Below, piece by piece: positions 14,017 through 23,293 of a stretch of 45,030 nucleotides of DNA; position 1 is the stretch's first letter, and every line of letters begins with the position of its first letter. The notes beneath the pieces were generated by a model. The model was not told where the DNA came from, made no database searches, and saw only the letters and a program-made list of their open reading frames with translations. The position numbers were made by a program, and so were the translations under genes. Location of the stretch: the IMG/VR virus record IMGVR_UViG_3300011442_000006, positions 1-45,030 of that record; one strand, given 5' to 3'. This DNA comes from a virus.

Positions 14017-15033
14017 ATGCCTGGACTGGCAGTGCAACAAAACGGGGGAGCTTTGACTCAACCCACTCTACAGACAATCATGGCTCTGCGTTCAGGCGCC
14101 GGCCTATTCCCTACACAGGGAAACATTTTCGTGGTCAACCCACGAACCGGGAGCGATAACAACCCGGCCTCTTATGAGGCTCCGCTCAAGGGCCTCCGTA
14201 CCGCCTACGAAATGGCGACGGCCAACCAGAACGATACTATCTATCTACTCGGCTCTGGAAACGCTGCGGGCGACACGACGGCACGGCTCGCAGCTTCGCT
14301 CGTCTGGGCCAAAGATCTGGTGCACCTGATCGGCGTCAACGACGGGCCCTTGGTCTCACAGCGTTCGCGGATCGCGTTTGAGCCAGCCTACAATTCGGCG
14401 GCGCCGATGGTGGATGTCACGGGTTCGAACTGTTTCTTCGCCAATGTGCAGATGTTTATGGGGGTAGCTGGGACCGTCCCGCTGGGCTCTCTACGTGTGG
14501 CTGGCTCTCGGAATGTGTTCCAGAACTGCCATATTGCCGGCATCGGCAACGACGCGAACGATATCGCCGGGGCGTACTCGCTATTCCTCGATGGCGCCGC
14601 CGAGAACATGTTCATCGGTGGAGCAATCGGGCTCGACACAGTGGCCCGTGGCACTAACGCGAACTCCGAGATTCTTATCGACACCGCGTCGGCTCGGAAT
14701 GTGTTCGATGGGACGCTGATCTACGCGATGCTCGAGCACGCCACCAATCACCCGTTAGTCAAGCTGGTGGACGCGACCTCGATCGATCGTTTCTTGCGGT
14801 TCCGAAACTGCATGTTCCTGAATGAGAGCGTGAACTACGCAATCGCTCAGGCCGGCAACTTTAAACTGGTGTCGGCTCTCACGCAGGGCTTTATCACCCT
14901 CGAGAACTGCATCACGAACTCGAGCGACAATTCCACGGCCGTTAAGTGGGACGTCGACGACCGCAACCAGATTTCCCTGTTCAACTCTCCGACGCCCGCC
15001 GCGGATACGGCCGGCTGCGGACGGCAGGTATAG
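14017..15033 (+). CDS. right-handed beta-helix (pectate-lyase-like) protein (338 aa)
   Basis: RBS AAGGAG. The N-terminus NIFVVNPRTGSDNNPASYEAPLKGLRTAYEMATANQNDTIYLLGSG is the usual cap of pectate-lyase-fold proteins. Repeated NxxFxNCxI / GxxN coils follow. Confidence 0.6.
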   Translation: MPGLAVQQNGGALTQPTLQTIMALRSGAGLFPTQGNIFVVNPRTGSDNNPASYEAPLKGLRTAYEMATANQNDTIYLLGSGNAAGDTTARLAASLVWAKDLVHLIGVNDGPLVSQRSRIAFEPAYNSAAPMVDVTGSNCFFANVQMFMGVAGTVPLGSLRVAGSRNVFQNCHIAGIGNDANDIAGAYSLFLDGAAENMFIGGAIGLDTVARGTNANSEILIDTASARNVFDGTLIYAMLEHATNHPLVKLVDATSIDRFLRFRNCMFLNESVNYAIAQAGNFKLVSALTQGFITLENCITNSSDNSTAVKWDVDDRNQISLFNSPTPAADTAGCGRQV

Positions 15034-15094
15034 ACATACCCTAAGGGGCGGTGGATCTTACACCCGCCCCGCTTATTAGCGAGCAGTACGATGA

Positions 15095-15133
15095 GGGCCC
15101 CGGCGCTTGTGATGGCCGGGGCCCTTTGCATTT
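15095..15133 (+). terminator. Rho-independent terminator
   Basis: Perfect 10-bp stem GGGCCCCGGC / GCCGGGGCCC with a 10-nt loop, then TTTGCATTT. A weaker hairpin lies at 15045-15070. Confidence 0.75.
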
Positions 15134-15141
15134 GCTATACT
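15133..15141 (+). promoter_or_regulatory. Extended -10 box TGCTATACT, 9 nt upstream of ATG 15151
   Basis: It lies directly after the terminator T-tract. Confidence 0.45.
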
Positions 15142-15150
15142 GCGCCTTGA

Positions 15151-15489
15151 ATGAAATTGTTCCAGCTGCTCAATGGACTTCGAGCCGTCTTACGCCAGCC
15201 CGTATCTGGACGATTTTGCGGCTCACCCGTACAGACGACGACTCGGGACGGCGCTACTATAGACCGGGATTCGATCAAGGTTGGCGCCGCCTTAGAACAC
15301 CCGAAGACTTCGCGGCCCTCAACGCAGCCATTGACCGGATCGCGCCAGTGTGAATGCGGGCGGAAGATATCGGCGAACAAGTCAAGGTGTCGCGACTGCC
15401 TCGCGTTTGAAGTAAAGTTTAACCTTGCGGCCCAAGGGATCAGGGCCGATGAAAACGAAATCCGAAAGGCTCTGAAAGAGAATACATGA
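15151..15489 (+). CDS. hypothetical protein with C-terminal CxC...CxxC motif (112 aa); frame assignment uncertain
   Basis: ATG follows the promoter box. A competing frame-3 ORF (to 15353) also looks protein-like. Confidence 0.4.
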   Translation: MKLFQLLNGLRAVLRQPVSGRFCGSPVQTTTRDGATIDRDSIKVGAALEHPKTSRPSTQPLTGSRQCECGRKISANKSRCRDCLAFEVKFNLAAQGIRADENEIRKALKENT

Positions 15490-15845
15490 ACGCAACCCAC
15501 ACGGTACAGGTTTACGCCCGCTCACGATCTCAGATCATCTACCGCAATAGCGACGGGATCGGCATCGGGCAGCAAAAGGAATGTGTATTGATTTTAGGCG
15601 CCGTGCCGAACAAGCGGAGTTCCCACGTCTTTATCAATGAAGAGGCGGCCGTGAAGTTTCTCCAAGAGAAATGGGCGGCAATCGATTTGGCTCAGCAGAC
15701 GCGGCTCAGCAGGGTGCTTTACAAGCTCTTCGGGATGCTGCCCAAGGTTAGAATCCAGATCGAAGACGCCGACGAACGCAAGATTTTGCTACCAGACGAC
15801 GCGATCAGTCTGCCGGGCGCCTCGGGCAACCTGGTCAAATTCTGA
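15486..15845 (+). CDS. hypothetical protein (119 aa)
   Basis: ATGA overlap with the upstream stop. Confidence 0.55.
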   Translation: MNATHTVQVYARSRSQIIYRNSDGIGIGQQKECVLILGAVPNKRSSHVFINEEAAVKFLQEKWAAIDLAQQTRLSRVLYKLFGMLPKVRIQIEDADERKILLPDDAISLPGASGNLVKF

Positions 15846-15859
15846 TACCATCTCGGGAA

Positions 15860-18097
15860 ATGGCACAGCCAACCCGTAAGGATCTCCCCGCATACGTCCG
15901 CGCTTGCTATGAGGCGTATATCAAGGCCGAGCAGCGGAACCGAAAAGCAGCCGAAGAGCGTTTGAAATTCTATATTGGTGGCGATCTGCAATGGAGGGAA
16001 GAAGAACTCCGAGCCCGTGAGCAGAGCCAGCGGCCCTTTATCACCATCAACCGTTGCAAGCCAGCCGTCGACCAGGTCGAGGGCGACATTCGGCTGAACC
16101 CACCGGGCCCGCAGTGTCACCCAGTCGGCGACGGGGCGGACGCCTCAACCGCCGACATCATCGAAGGACTGATCCGGGAAGTCGAGTCACGATCGAATGC
16201 AAAGACCGCCTACGCGACGGCCGGCAAGTACGTCGCGGCCTCTGGTGAGGCATACCTCGAGCTACGGAGTGAGTTCACCGGCGATCGCGAGTTCAGTCAG
16301 CAACTTTGCATCGATTCCGTGGAAGACCCGGCGACCGTGTTTTATGATCCCACCTCGCGACGCGCGAACCGGCAGGATGCCATGTGGGCGGGCAAGCTCA
16401 AGATGTACAACAAGGTCGACTATATAAGCCAGTTCGGGGCAACCCGCGCGGTGTTGCAGTCAACTGCGGTACAGCGGGCGGGCGGCTGGATTATGGACCG
16501 GATGGGTGTTGGCGGAAATCTAGCGGAGGTACATCGCTGGACCGGGGCCGGCGAAGGCCCGTTTTTTGTCGCCGAGTTCTACATGGTGACCGTCGAGCGG
16601 CGCACGCTCCGTATGTACACCGATCAAATCGCCCGGTACGACGATGAACCAGTTCCACCGGGAGTAACTCCCAAGGTCGACCCCAACGACAAAAAGGCGT
16701 ACACGCGTGAAGTGCCTGTCCGCACGATTACCAAGCACCTGGTCGATGCTCTCGAGGAATTGTCCGATCCGACCGAATGGCTGGGAAGTCTGATCCCGTT
16801 GTTTCCGGTGTTGGGTCCGGAGGTCTACATCAACGGGCAGCTGCATCGGCTTTCGCTTATCTCGGGAGCAATGGACGCTCAGCGAGCCTTGAACTATGTT
16901 GCGACGACGGCCGCGGAACTCGCGGGACTACTTCCGAAGTCGCCATGGATCGGAGCGAAGGGAGCATTTGAGGACCCGCGATGGGAAGCGGCGAATACGG
17001 AAATGTACGCGTACCTCGAATACTCGCCCGTCTTCGCGACCGACGCAATGGGTAACCAGGTGCTCGCCCCGGCCCCGCAACGGAACAACTGGGAAGCCCC
17101 GATTCAATGGCTTGAGATGTTGAAGCGATCGTTTAGCGACGACATCAAGGCGACGACGGCGACCTATGACGCGAGTCTTGGTGCGAATAAGGGCGACCAG
17201 TCGGGGAAAGCCATCGAGCAGTTGCGCTCGGAATCGAACGTCGGTAACTACAGCTACGCGGACAACCTACATCGGGCGATCGGCATTCTCTACGATCAAA
17301 TGTGCTGTATCTTTCCGAAAATCTACGACGGCCCGCGGGCGGTCACCGTGGTCAAGCCCGACTCGCAGCATGAAGTGGTCGACATCAACCGCATTTTCGG
17401 GGAAGACGGGATCGACCCCGACACTGGGCAGAAGGGTAAGGCAAATAATATCTGCCTCGGGCGGTATGTCGCGCGTGTCACGGTCGGTAAGGACTTCGAC
17501 ACCCGAAACCTCGAAGCGGTCGAGGCTCTAACGAACTTCTTCACTGTCGCGCCTCAGGCTCTTGCTGTGCCTGGGATCGCTTCGAACTTCCTCCGGATGA
17601 TCGGCCAGGGCAATCCGAAAGTCGAGCAGATGGCCGACTTGTTGCAGCCGAACGACGGCAACGAAGAGGCAACGCCGCAGGAGATGCAACAGAAGCTCCA
17701 GCAGGCAACCTCTCAGATTCAGGCGATGCAGGAAGTTATGCAGACGCTCGCTCAGAAACTACAGGCCAAGCTTCCGGAGATCGAGGCGAAGAAGTTTATC
17801 GCGGCGATGGACAATCTGACCCGTATCCGCGTTGCGGAGATCAACGCTTCAAAGGCTCTGTTGACCCAGCAGGCCGACGCGGAAGCCCGGCAACTCGAGA
17901 CCTCGCTCGGAATGGCTCACGAGACGGCGAGCGGGGCCGAGCAGCGAGAGCACGAAGACAAGCAGCAGGTACGCGATAAGGTAACTGCGGCGGGATCGCA
18001 GGCGGCCGAGCATGGACACGCGACGGAAATGGCCGAGAGCGCCGCGGACCGGGAAGATGCTCGGGCGGAACTGGCGGCGACCGCTCCCAAGAAGTAG
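15860..18097 (+). CDS. portal protein, P22-like (745 aa)
   Basis: The N-terminal block has QWREEELRAREQSQRPFITINRCKPAVDQVEGDIR and IIEGLIREVESRSNAKTAYATAG. The long C-terminal helical region is Gln/Ala-rich. The position fits between terL and scaffold/coat. Confidence 0.85.
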   Translation: MAQPTRKDLPAYVRACYEAYIKAEQRNRKAAEERLKFYIGGDLQWREEELRAREQSQRPFITINRCKPAVDQVEGDIRLNPPGPQCHPVGDGADASTADIIEGLIREVESRSNAKTAYATAGKYVAASGEAYLELRSEFTGDREFSQQLCIDSVEDPATVFYDPTSRRANRQDAMWAGKLKMYNKVDYISQFGATRAVLQSTAVQRAGGWIMDRMGVGGNLAEVHRWTGAGEGPFFVAEFYMVTVERRTLRMYTDQIARYDDEPVPPGVTPKVDPNDKKAYTREVPVRTITKHLVDALEELSDPTEWLGSLIPLFPVLGPEVYINGQLHRLSLISGAMDAQRALNYVATTAAELAGLLPKSPWIGAKGAFEDPRWEAANTEMYAYLEYSPVFATDAMGNQVLAPAPQRNNWEAPIQWLEMLKRSFSDDIKATTATYDASLGANKGDQSGKAIEQLRSESNVGNYSYADNLHRAIGILYDQMCCIFPKIYDGPRAVTVVKPDSQHEVVDINRIFGEDGIDPDTGQKGKANNICLGRYVARVTVGKDFDTRNLEAVEALTNFFTVAPQALAVPGIASNFLRMIGQGNPKVEQMADLLQPNDGNEEATPQEMQQKLQQATSQIQAMQEVMQTLAQKLQAKLPEIEAKKFIAAMDNLTRIRVAEINASKALLTQQADAEARQLETSLGMAHETASGAEQREHEDKQQVRDKVTAAGSQAAEHGHATEMAESAADREDARAELAATAPKK

Positions 18098-18146
18098 ATC
18101 GGGTTGACATCCTTGGCGCCAAAGGTGTTTGATTGGTAAAACGCCT

Positions 18147-19175
18147 ATGGCTACAACTCCGACCCCCGCAACCCCCGAGCAACTGCAAGAGCAGATAGAA
18201 AGTCGGAACGCTCGTGAGTACGCTCAACGCACGGGCCAAAAACCTCCCGAGAAGCCGGCCGAGCAAGCGAAGCCGGCCAAGCCCGCAGCATCTGCGGCCA
18301 CCGAAAAGGGCGAGGAAGACGGCGAGACACTCGAGCAGTCCCTGCCGAAGATGTCACGCAGCGCCCGGCGAGAGATCAATAGGTTTCGCGATGAAGCGGC
18401 GGAACTCCGGGGCCGCCTGAAAGCATTCGAGGAATTGGGTGTAAAGCCGAAACCGGCCGAAACCACCAAGCCCGGCGATGCTGCAGCCGATACGGATGAT
18501 CCAGAGCCCACGCGGGACAAGTTTGCGACCGATAGCGAATTTGACCGAGCCCTCGGGCGATGGGAGGCCCGCCACGAAGCGAAGAAGATTGTTACCGAGA
18601 GCCAGGCGAGCGAAAAGGAAGTCGCCGATTTGCAGAAGACGCTCGACACCATGTCTACAAAGAAATGGGCCGACGCGGAATTGATTTCCGACTGGGACGA
18701 CGCGGCGAAGAAGGCCGAGTCCATGCCCGAGCTTCAGTGCGACTGGAAAGATCATCGAGCCCTTCAATTACGGCTGTTGACATCCGATACTCAGGCGGCG
18801 ATCTGTCGTCACTGGGTTGACCATCCGGAGGACTTTCAGGCCCTCATCGCCCTCTCGGGCGACATCGTGGCTCAGGACCGGGCTTTTACCCGTCTTGAAG
18901 GTCGCGTTGAAAAGCTGTATACTACCGGAGAATCGAAAGAGAAAAAGGCGGCACCGGCCACGGACTCTAAAAAGTCCGAAACAAAGGGAAGCACTCACCC
19001 CGCAGACGGCGAAAAGCCTGGGCGGAACTCAGCGAGCGAGATCGATGCTCGCAAACCGAAGCCGTCGTCAGAAGTGGCGGCGCCGGGGGGTTCCAGGGCG
19101 CCTGATGCACCACTCCCAGGCTCTAAGGAATGGGTAGCAATGCGAAATGAGCAGAAATTTCGCAGAGCGAACTAA
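18147..19175 (+). CDS. scaffolding protein candidate (342 aa)
   Basis: Highly charged, Ala/Glu/Lys/Pro-rich and helical. It lies between portal and coat. Confidence 0.55.
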   Translation: MATTPTPATPEQLQEQIESRNAREYAQRTGQKPPEKPAEQAKPAKPAASAATEKGEEDGETLEQSLPKMSRSARREINRFRDEAAELRGRLKAFEELGVKPKPAETTKPGDAAADTDDPEPTRDKFATDSEFDRALGRWEARHEAKKIVTESQASEKEVADLQKTLDTMSTKKWADAELISDWDDAAKKAESMPELQCDWKDHRALQLRLLTSDTQAAICRHWVDHPEDFQALIALSGDIVAQDRAFTRLEGRVEKLYTTGESKEKKAAPATDSKKSETKGSTHPADGEKPGRNSASEIDARKPKPSSEVAAPGGSRAPDAPLPGSKEWVAMRNEQKFRRAN

Positions 19176-19238
19176 CCTCAGTCGCTAAAACTTTTAGACG
19201 CGCTCGGATCGCCTTACGGCGAAGAGGGAGAGCGCCCA

Positions 19239-20483
19239 ATGCCATTTAACAGTGTTCCGGTACGTCAGGAAGTGACGGCCGAAGTGCTGCGAGTCCTGTA
19301 TAACAATTGCGCCGCCTTGCGGAGTGTCGGGACCCAGCACCAGAAGTACTTCGAGGAGCGGACGCCGATCGGCTCCGTGCTCCAAATTAAGCGACCTTGG
19401 CGCCCTCAGGGCCGGCAAGGTCAAGCCTTTGACCCCGAGCCCATCATCCAAACCACCGTCCCGCTTACCATTTCGTACTGGCGGGGCGGCGATTTCATTT
19501 TCAATGACACCGATGAAGCTCTCTACCTCGATATGGATCGGTTCCACGAGGATTACTCGAAACCCATGGGTATCATGATTGCGAACCAGGTCGACGGGGA
19601 CTTGCTCGCGTTCATGCAACAGACCATTCCGAACTTCGTCGGCGTTCCTGGTACCCTACCGTCGACCACAGCGGTCTACAACCAGGCTCGGACGGCCTTG
19701 AACAAGCTCCTCGCTCCGGACAATGACCGTACCGTGATTTGGACGTCGGACTATGAACAGAACATGGTCGGACTCTCGCAGACGATCTTTAACCCTCAGC
19801 AAGTCATCGGCAAGCAGTACTTGACCGGCGTCTGCGGGGCGTATGCGGGCTTCGATTTCATGCGGGACGAGCAAATCCCGGCGTTTACGCAAGGAACGTA
19901 TGCCGGAGCCGGCGTCGTCAGTGGCGCCAATCAGTCGGGCTCGAGCATTACTTACGCAAGCTTCACCTCGGCGAGCGTTTCGGTCAACCCAGGCGACCGC
20001 ATCACCTTTGCAGGTGTCTACAAAGTCAACCCAAGCGGCGATCATACCGCCTACACCGGGACTCAGAATCTGTTCCAAGCGGTAATTACTGCGGCGAGCG
20101 TGGATACGACTGGGGCCGGAACGTTCCAAATCTATCCGCCCCTGATTCCGAGTGGACCATTCAAAAATGCATCGAACTCACCGGCCAATGGCGCGGCGAT
20201 CAGCTTTGCAGGGGCTTCCGGGGCTCAATGCAACACTGCCTTTGCGTTCCAGAAAGAAGCGTACACCTCTGCGTTTCTGAAATTACACAAGCCGGGCAAT
20301 GTGATGTGCGAGACGGCCAACAGCCGAGAACTTGGGATGAGCGATGCAAACATCAACATCCGGAGCATTCAGCAATGGCAATCGAGCGGTCCCTACGCCG
20401 GGTATGAGACCGAGCGTATGGACGTCATTTATGGCTTTGCGGCGCAGTACGCGGATTACTTCGCGACTGTGATCTACGGCTAA
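19239..20483 (+). CDS. major capsid protein, P22 coat-protein family (414 aa)
   Basis: RBS GAGGGAGAG. The N-terminal pattern and DRFHEDYSKPMGIMIANQVDGDLL are typical of P22-type coat proteins. A strong terminator follows. Confidence 0.8.
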   Translation: MPFNSVPVRQEVTAEVLRVLYNNCAALRSVGTQHQKYFEERTPIGSVLQIKRPWRPQGRQGQAFDPEPIIQTTVPLTISYWRGGDFIFNDTDEALYLDMDRFHEDYSKPMGIMIANQVDGDLLAFMQQTIPNFVGVPGTLPSTTAVYNQARTALNKLLAPDNDRTVIWTSDYEQNMVGLSQTIFNPQQVIGKQYLTGVCGAYAGFDFMRDEQIPAFTQGTYAGAGVVSGANQSGSSITYASFTSASVSVNPGDRITFAGVYKVNPSGDHTAYTGTQNLFQAVITAASVDTTGAGTFQIYPPLIPSGPFKNASNSPANGAAISFAGASGAQCNTAFAFQKEAYTSAFLKLHKPGNVMCETANSRELGMSDANINIRSIQQWQSSGPYAGYETERMDVIYGFAAQYADYFATVIYG

Positions 20484-20501
20484 GACGAGACCTTTGTAGA
20501 A

Positions 20502-20527
20502 GGGTCTGATAATATCAGACCCTTTTG
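20502..20527 (+). terminator. Rho-independent terminator after the coat gene
   Basis: GGGTCTGA-taata-TCAGACCC followed by TTTT. Confidence 0.8.
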
Positions 20528-20553
20528 CAAAACTCGGATAAGGAGCAACGAAA

Positions 20554-21234
20554 ATGAGCGTTACACTTACTCAGACCACACTATCGGGGGCTTTGGCCCT
20601 CAAGAGCAATATCGCTAACGTCGCGTCGGCGAGCGGCATCGCCGGGCCGACCAACCAGCTTACGCAAAAGCTGTATATCATCAATCCGGAGACTGCCCGC
20701 GGTGAACTGGTCGACGTGGCCGGCGTCTCTGGAACGGCGATCACGCTGTCTCGGCTCGGAGCATTCCGTCAGGCCTTCCTCTCCGGAGCTATCGTTGTCA
20801 TTGGATCTCAGGTCCAGTACAATCCCAGCTTCTTTGGCTACGATCCTGTCGGCGGCGTGGCTGCGGTCGATGTTCCGGCCGTTCCATGGATCAACGTTGT
20901 CAACGGTAACCAGTGGCTTCGCTCTGTCGACGGGTTATGGATTCCCGGCTGGCAAAACACCTCACAGCCTGTAGGCGTATCCGACGTAGTGGCTTCCGCG
21001 GCCGGCGCCATCTTGCCGAGCGGCCCGCTGTTTCATGTGACCGGCACAGCCGCGGTTACTGGGTTCACAATCCCGGTAGGTTTCACGGGCGGCTCGTTTA
21101 CCATCATTCCGGACGGGAACTTTACGTGGACCACGGCTGGTAACATCGGGCTCGCGGGTACCGCTGTGACTGGCCGGGCGATCATTTTCACCTGGGATAG
21201 CAACGCTGGCAAATTCTTTCCTTCGTATGTTTGA
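20554..21234 (+). CDS. hypothetical virion-associated protein (226 aa)
   Basis: RBS AAGGAG. Gly/Ser/Thr/Val-rich, beta-rich composition. Confidence 0.6.
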   Translation: MSVTLTQTTLSGALALKSNIANVASASGIAGPTNQLTQKLYIINPETARGELVDVAGVSGTAITLSRLGAFRQAFLSGAIVVIGSQVQYNPSFFGYDPVGGVAAVDVPAVPWINVVNGNQWLRSVDGLWIPGWQNTSQPVGVSDVVASAAGAILPSGPLFHVTGTAAVTGFTIPVGFTGGSFTIIPDGNFTWTTAGNIGLAGTAVTGRAIIFTWDSNAGKFFPSYV

Positions 21235-21237
21235 TCG

Positions 21238-21726
21238 CTAGACATGCGTCCAGTTGCGGCCATCTCGAATGTGTCGAATCAAGCCCTCGCTAACCCGGTA
21301 AAAGAAGGCGAGGGCCTTCGGCGCCTCTCCCGCCAAAGCTCGAACACGTATCTCGATAGCTTGCTCGGCGGTCAATTTAGTCCACTTACGGCCCTTCTGG
21401 CGCATGTCTTCGTTATTGTCAGCAAACGTTCCGAGAAACAGATGGGAGAATCGAACGCAACGTCTCATGTCGCATCGGTGAAGGACTGGCAGCTCCGGTG
21501 CTTTCCCGGTCTCAAGTTCCCATGCGATCCGGTGCACGGATTTAGATTGACCGCTTCCGTCGTTCAGTTTACCGTAGCCGCCTTCAGTCTTTTTCCAGTC
21601 CTTGCCAGCTGTTGCTCCAGTCCACAGCCAACAATCTCCCCAAGGGCCACGTCCTGGGGTTTTGTCGACCTTCGCCCAAAAGCGAAGTTCAAGCGGACTA
21701 TGAATATGTACACTATGTTTAGGCAT
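21238..21726 (-). CDS. HNH homing-endonuclease-like protein (162 aa), antisense to the late operon
   Basis: CWLWTG...GGYGKL...VHRIAWE...VLHRCDMRRCVRFSHLFLGTFADNNEDM is the classical HNH_3 pattern. Confidence 0.8.
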   Translation of the reverse strand: MPKHSVHIHSPLELRFWAKVDKTPGRGPWGDCWLWTGATAGKDWKKTEGGYGKLNDGSGQSKSVHRIAWELETGKAPELPVLHRCDMRRCVRFSHLFLGTFADNNEDMRQKGRKWTKLTAEQAIEIRVRALAGEAPKALAFFYRVSEGLIRHIRDGRNWTHV

Positions 21727-21876
21727 TGGCGATTTATCCTCGCTGATGTGGGGCCCTCGCTGGTGGTACAGCGGGGGCTCATTTAAGGTAACATGGGAGC
21801 CGTTCTAGTTAACAGGGTCCCTCGGGAATATTCTCGGAATCCTGAGAAACTTCAAATACATGAGGAATTTACCACT

Positions 21877-22371
21877 ATGAGCGGCGCAGTCCAAGTTCAA
21901 GGCATTCCCGGCAAAGGCATGGGAGGCACGAAAGAGGCTCTAACGAAGTTCCGTAAACATCACGTCGAGGTGGGCGACGCTCTACTGAATCTCGCCGATG
22001 GTGTTGACCAGGATGATCCGCGTCCCGAATATGTCAAGCGAGACTTTCCCATGATGGTCTACCACGCGGAAAAGGGCGAATTGACTGTTGAGGGCCTGGA
22101 GGATTTACCGGGCGGTCAATTGGGCTTGAAAGGGGCGCTCCGGGCGGGCTATCGACGGGAACCTTTCCCGAAAACCGTTATTGCTGTAGCGGACCCGGCG
22201 ACCGAAAAACTAGAACTCCAGGCGAAGCTAAAGCAGAAGGACGGGGAGATCGCCACGTTGACGGATCGCTTTGACAAACTGCAAAGCATGATGGAGAAGG
22301 TTTTGGCTGGCCAGGCGGATACGACTCCCCAAGACGGCGCCGAGGCCGATCTCAAAAAGAAAACCAAGTAA
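21877..22371 (+). CDS. hypothetical protein (164 aa)
   Basis: ATG 21877 is preceded by GAGGAA. The C-terminus is coiled-coil. Confidence 0.55.
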   Translation: MSGAVQVQGIPGKGMGGTKEALTKFRKHHVEVGDALLNLADGVDQDDPRPEYVKRDFPMMVYHAEKGELTVEGLEDLPGGQLGLKGALRAGYRREPFPKTVIAVADPATEKLELQAKLKQKDGEIATLTDRFDKLQSMMEKVLAGQADTTPQDGAEADLKKKTK

Positions 22372-22386
22372 CCCGAGGAGGGCGAA

Positions 22387-23292
22387 TTGCCGACAGGACA
22401 GGTTATTATCAGCAACGCCCTTACCTCGCTCAATATCCTTGAGCAGGGAGGAGTACCAAACGCCTCAGATTCCGCCGATGCCCTGGTTGAACTCAATGAT
22501 ATGTGGGACGCGGCGGGTATCGATGAAGGCCTCATCTACGCGATCATTCCGTTCCAGGGCAAGCTAGTCGCCAATCAAGGCGCCTACAATATCGGTTCCG
22601 GGGCTCAGTTTGACACGGCCCGGCCGGCGCGAATCTACAAGGCGTTTGTCGTTCGCGCGGTTTCGTTCGCAGCTGGAACCACCGGCGCCAGCGCGGTAAT
22701 AACCGCGGTATCGACCACGGGGCTCTATATCGGTCAATCTGTCGTTGGCGCCGGTGTCCCTCAGGGCGCCGTCATTCTGTCGATCAGCACGAACGTAAGT
22801 ATTACGATTTCCGCGAATGCAACGGCGACCGCGGCGGTAACACTGCTCGCGGGCGGCAACGATCGGAACCCGCTCGACATCATCGAGGCCCTGAAGTACT
22901 ACAGCAAAAATGACCTTGGCGCCACGGCTCAAACGCCCCAAGAGCTCTACCCCGACTACAACGCGGACGCGAACGGGTTCGGCCGGCTTTATCTGTGGCC
23001 GATACCTCTGCTGGTCGATCCGGGGTTCCTCGAGCTTGACTCGGCGGTAACTTTCTCGGCCTGGGCCCTCGGGACAAATTACAATATCCCGCAGGGATAC
23101 CGGGATTGGCTGAACTATGGGCTTGCCTCCCGCTTGCTGCCGCGGTACGGCGCCGCGGTCGATAAGTCGATCGCCGAATACGTCATGATGCGGGCCGAGA
23201 AAGCGGAAGCCCGGCTCAGGGCGGCCAACGCGTTCAACCGTCGACTACCACCAGAAGCAATGGGTTTGGCGGCCCCCGCGAAGGAGGCGTAA
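22387..23292 (+). CDS. P22 gp4-like head-to-tail adaptor, enlarged (301 aa)
   Basis: TTG start after GAGGAGGG. The N-terminus ISNALTSLNILEQGGVPNASDSADALVELNDMWD parallels P22 gp4 LVRAALRKLGVASDATL...DAVDDLEAMMAEW (recalled). It carries a ~45-aa insert GLYIGQSVVGAGVPQGAVILSIS. Confidence 0.6.
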   Translation: MPTGQVIISNALTSLNILEQGGVPNASDSADALVELNDMWDAAGIDEGLIYAIIPFQGKLVANQGAYNIGSGAQFDTARPARIYKAFVVRAVSFAAGTTGASAVITAVSTTGLYIGQSVVGAGVPQGAVILSISTNVSITISANATATAAVTLLAGGNDRNPLDIIEALKYYSKNDLGATAQTPQELYPDYNADANGFGRLYLWPIPLLVDPGFLELDSAVTFSAWALGTNYNIPQGYRDWLNYGLASRLLPRYGAAVDKSIAEYVMMRAEKAEARLRAANAFNRRLPPEAMGLAAPAKEA

Positions 23293-23293
23293 G

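Noticed and set aside
18104-18146. TTGACA-18-TTTGAT sigma70-like promoter before the scaffold gene.
   Set aside because: The -10 is poor and the spacing long. It contains the palindrome TTGGCGCCAA, which may be coincidental. It is not strong enough to list.
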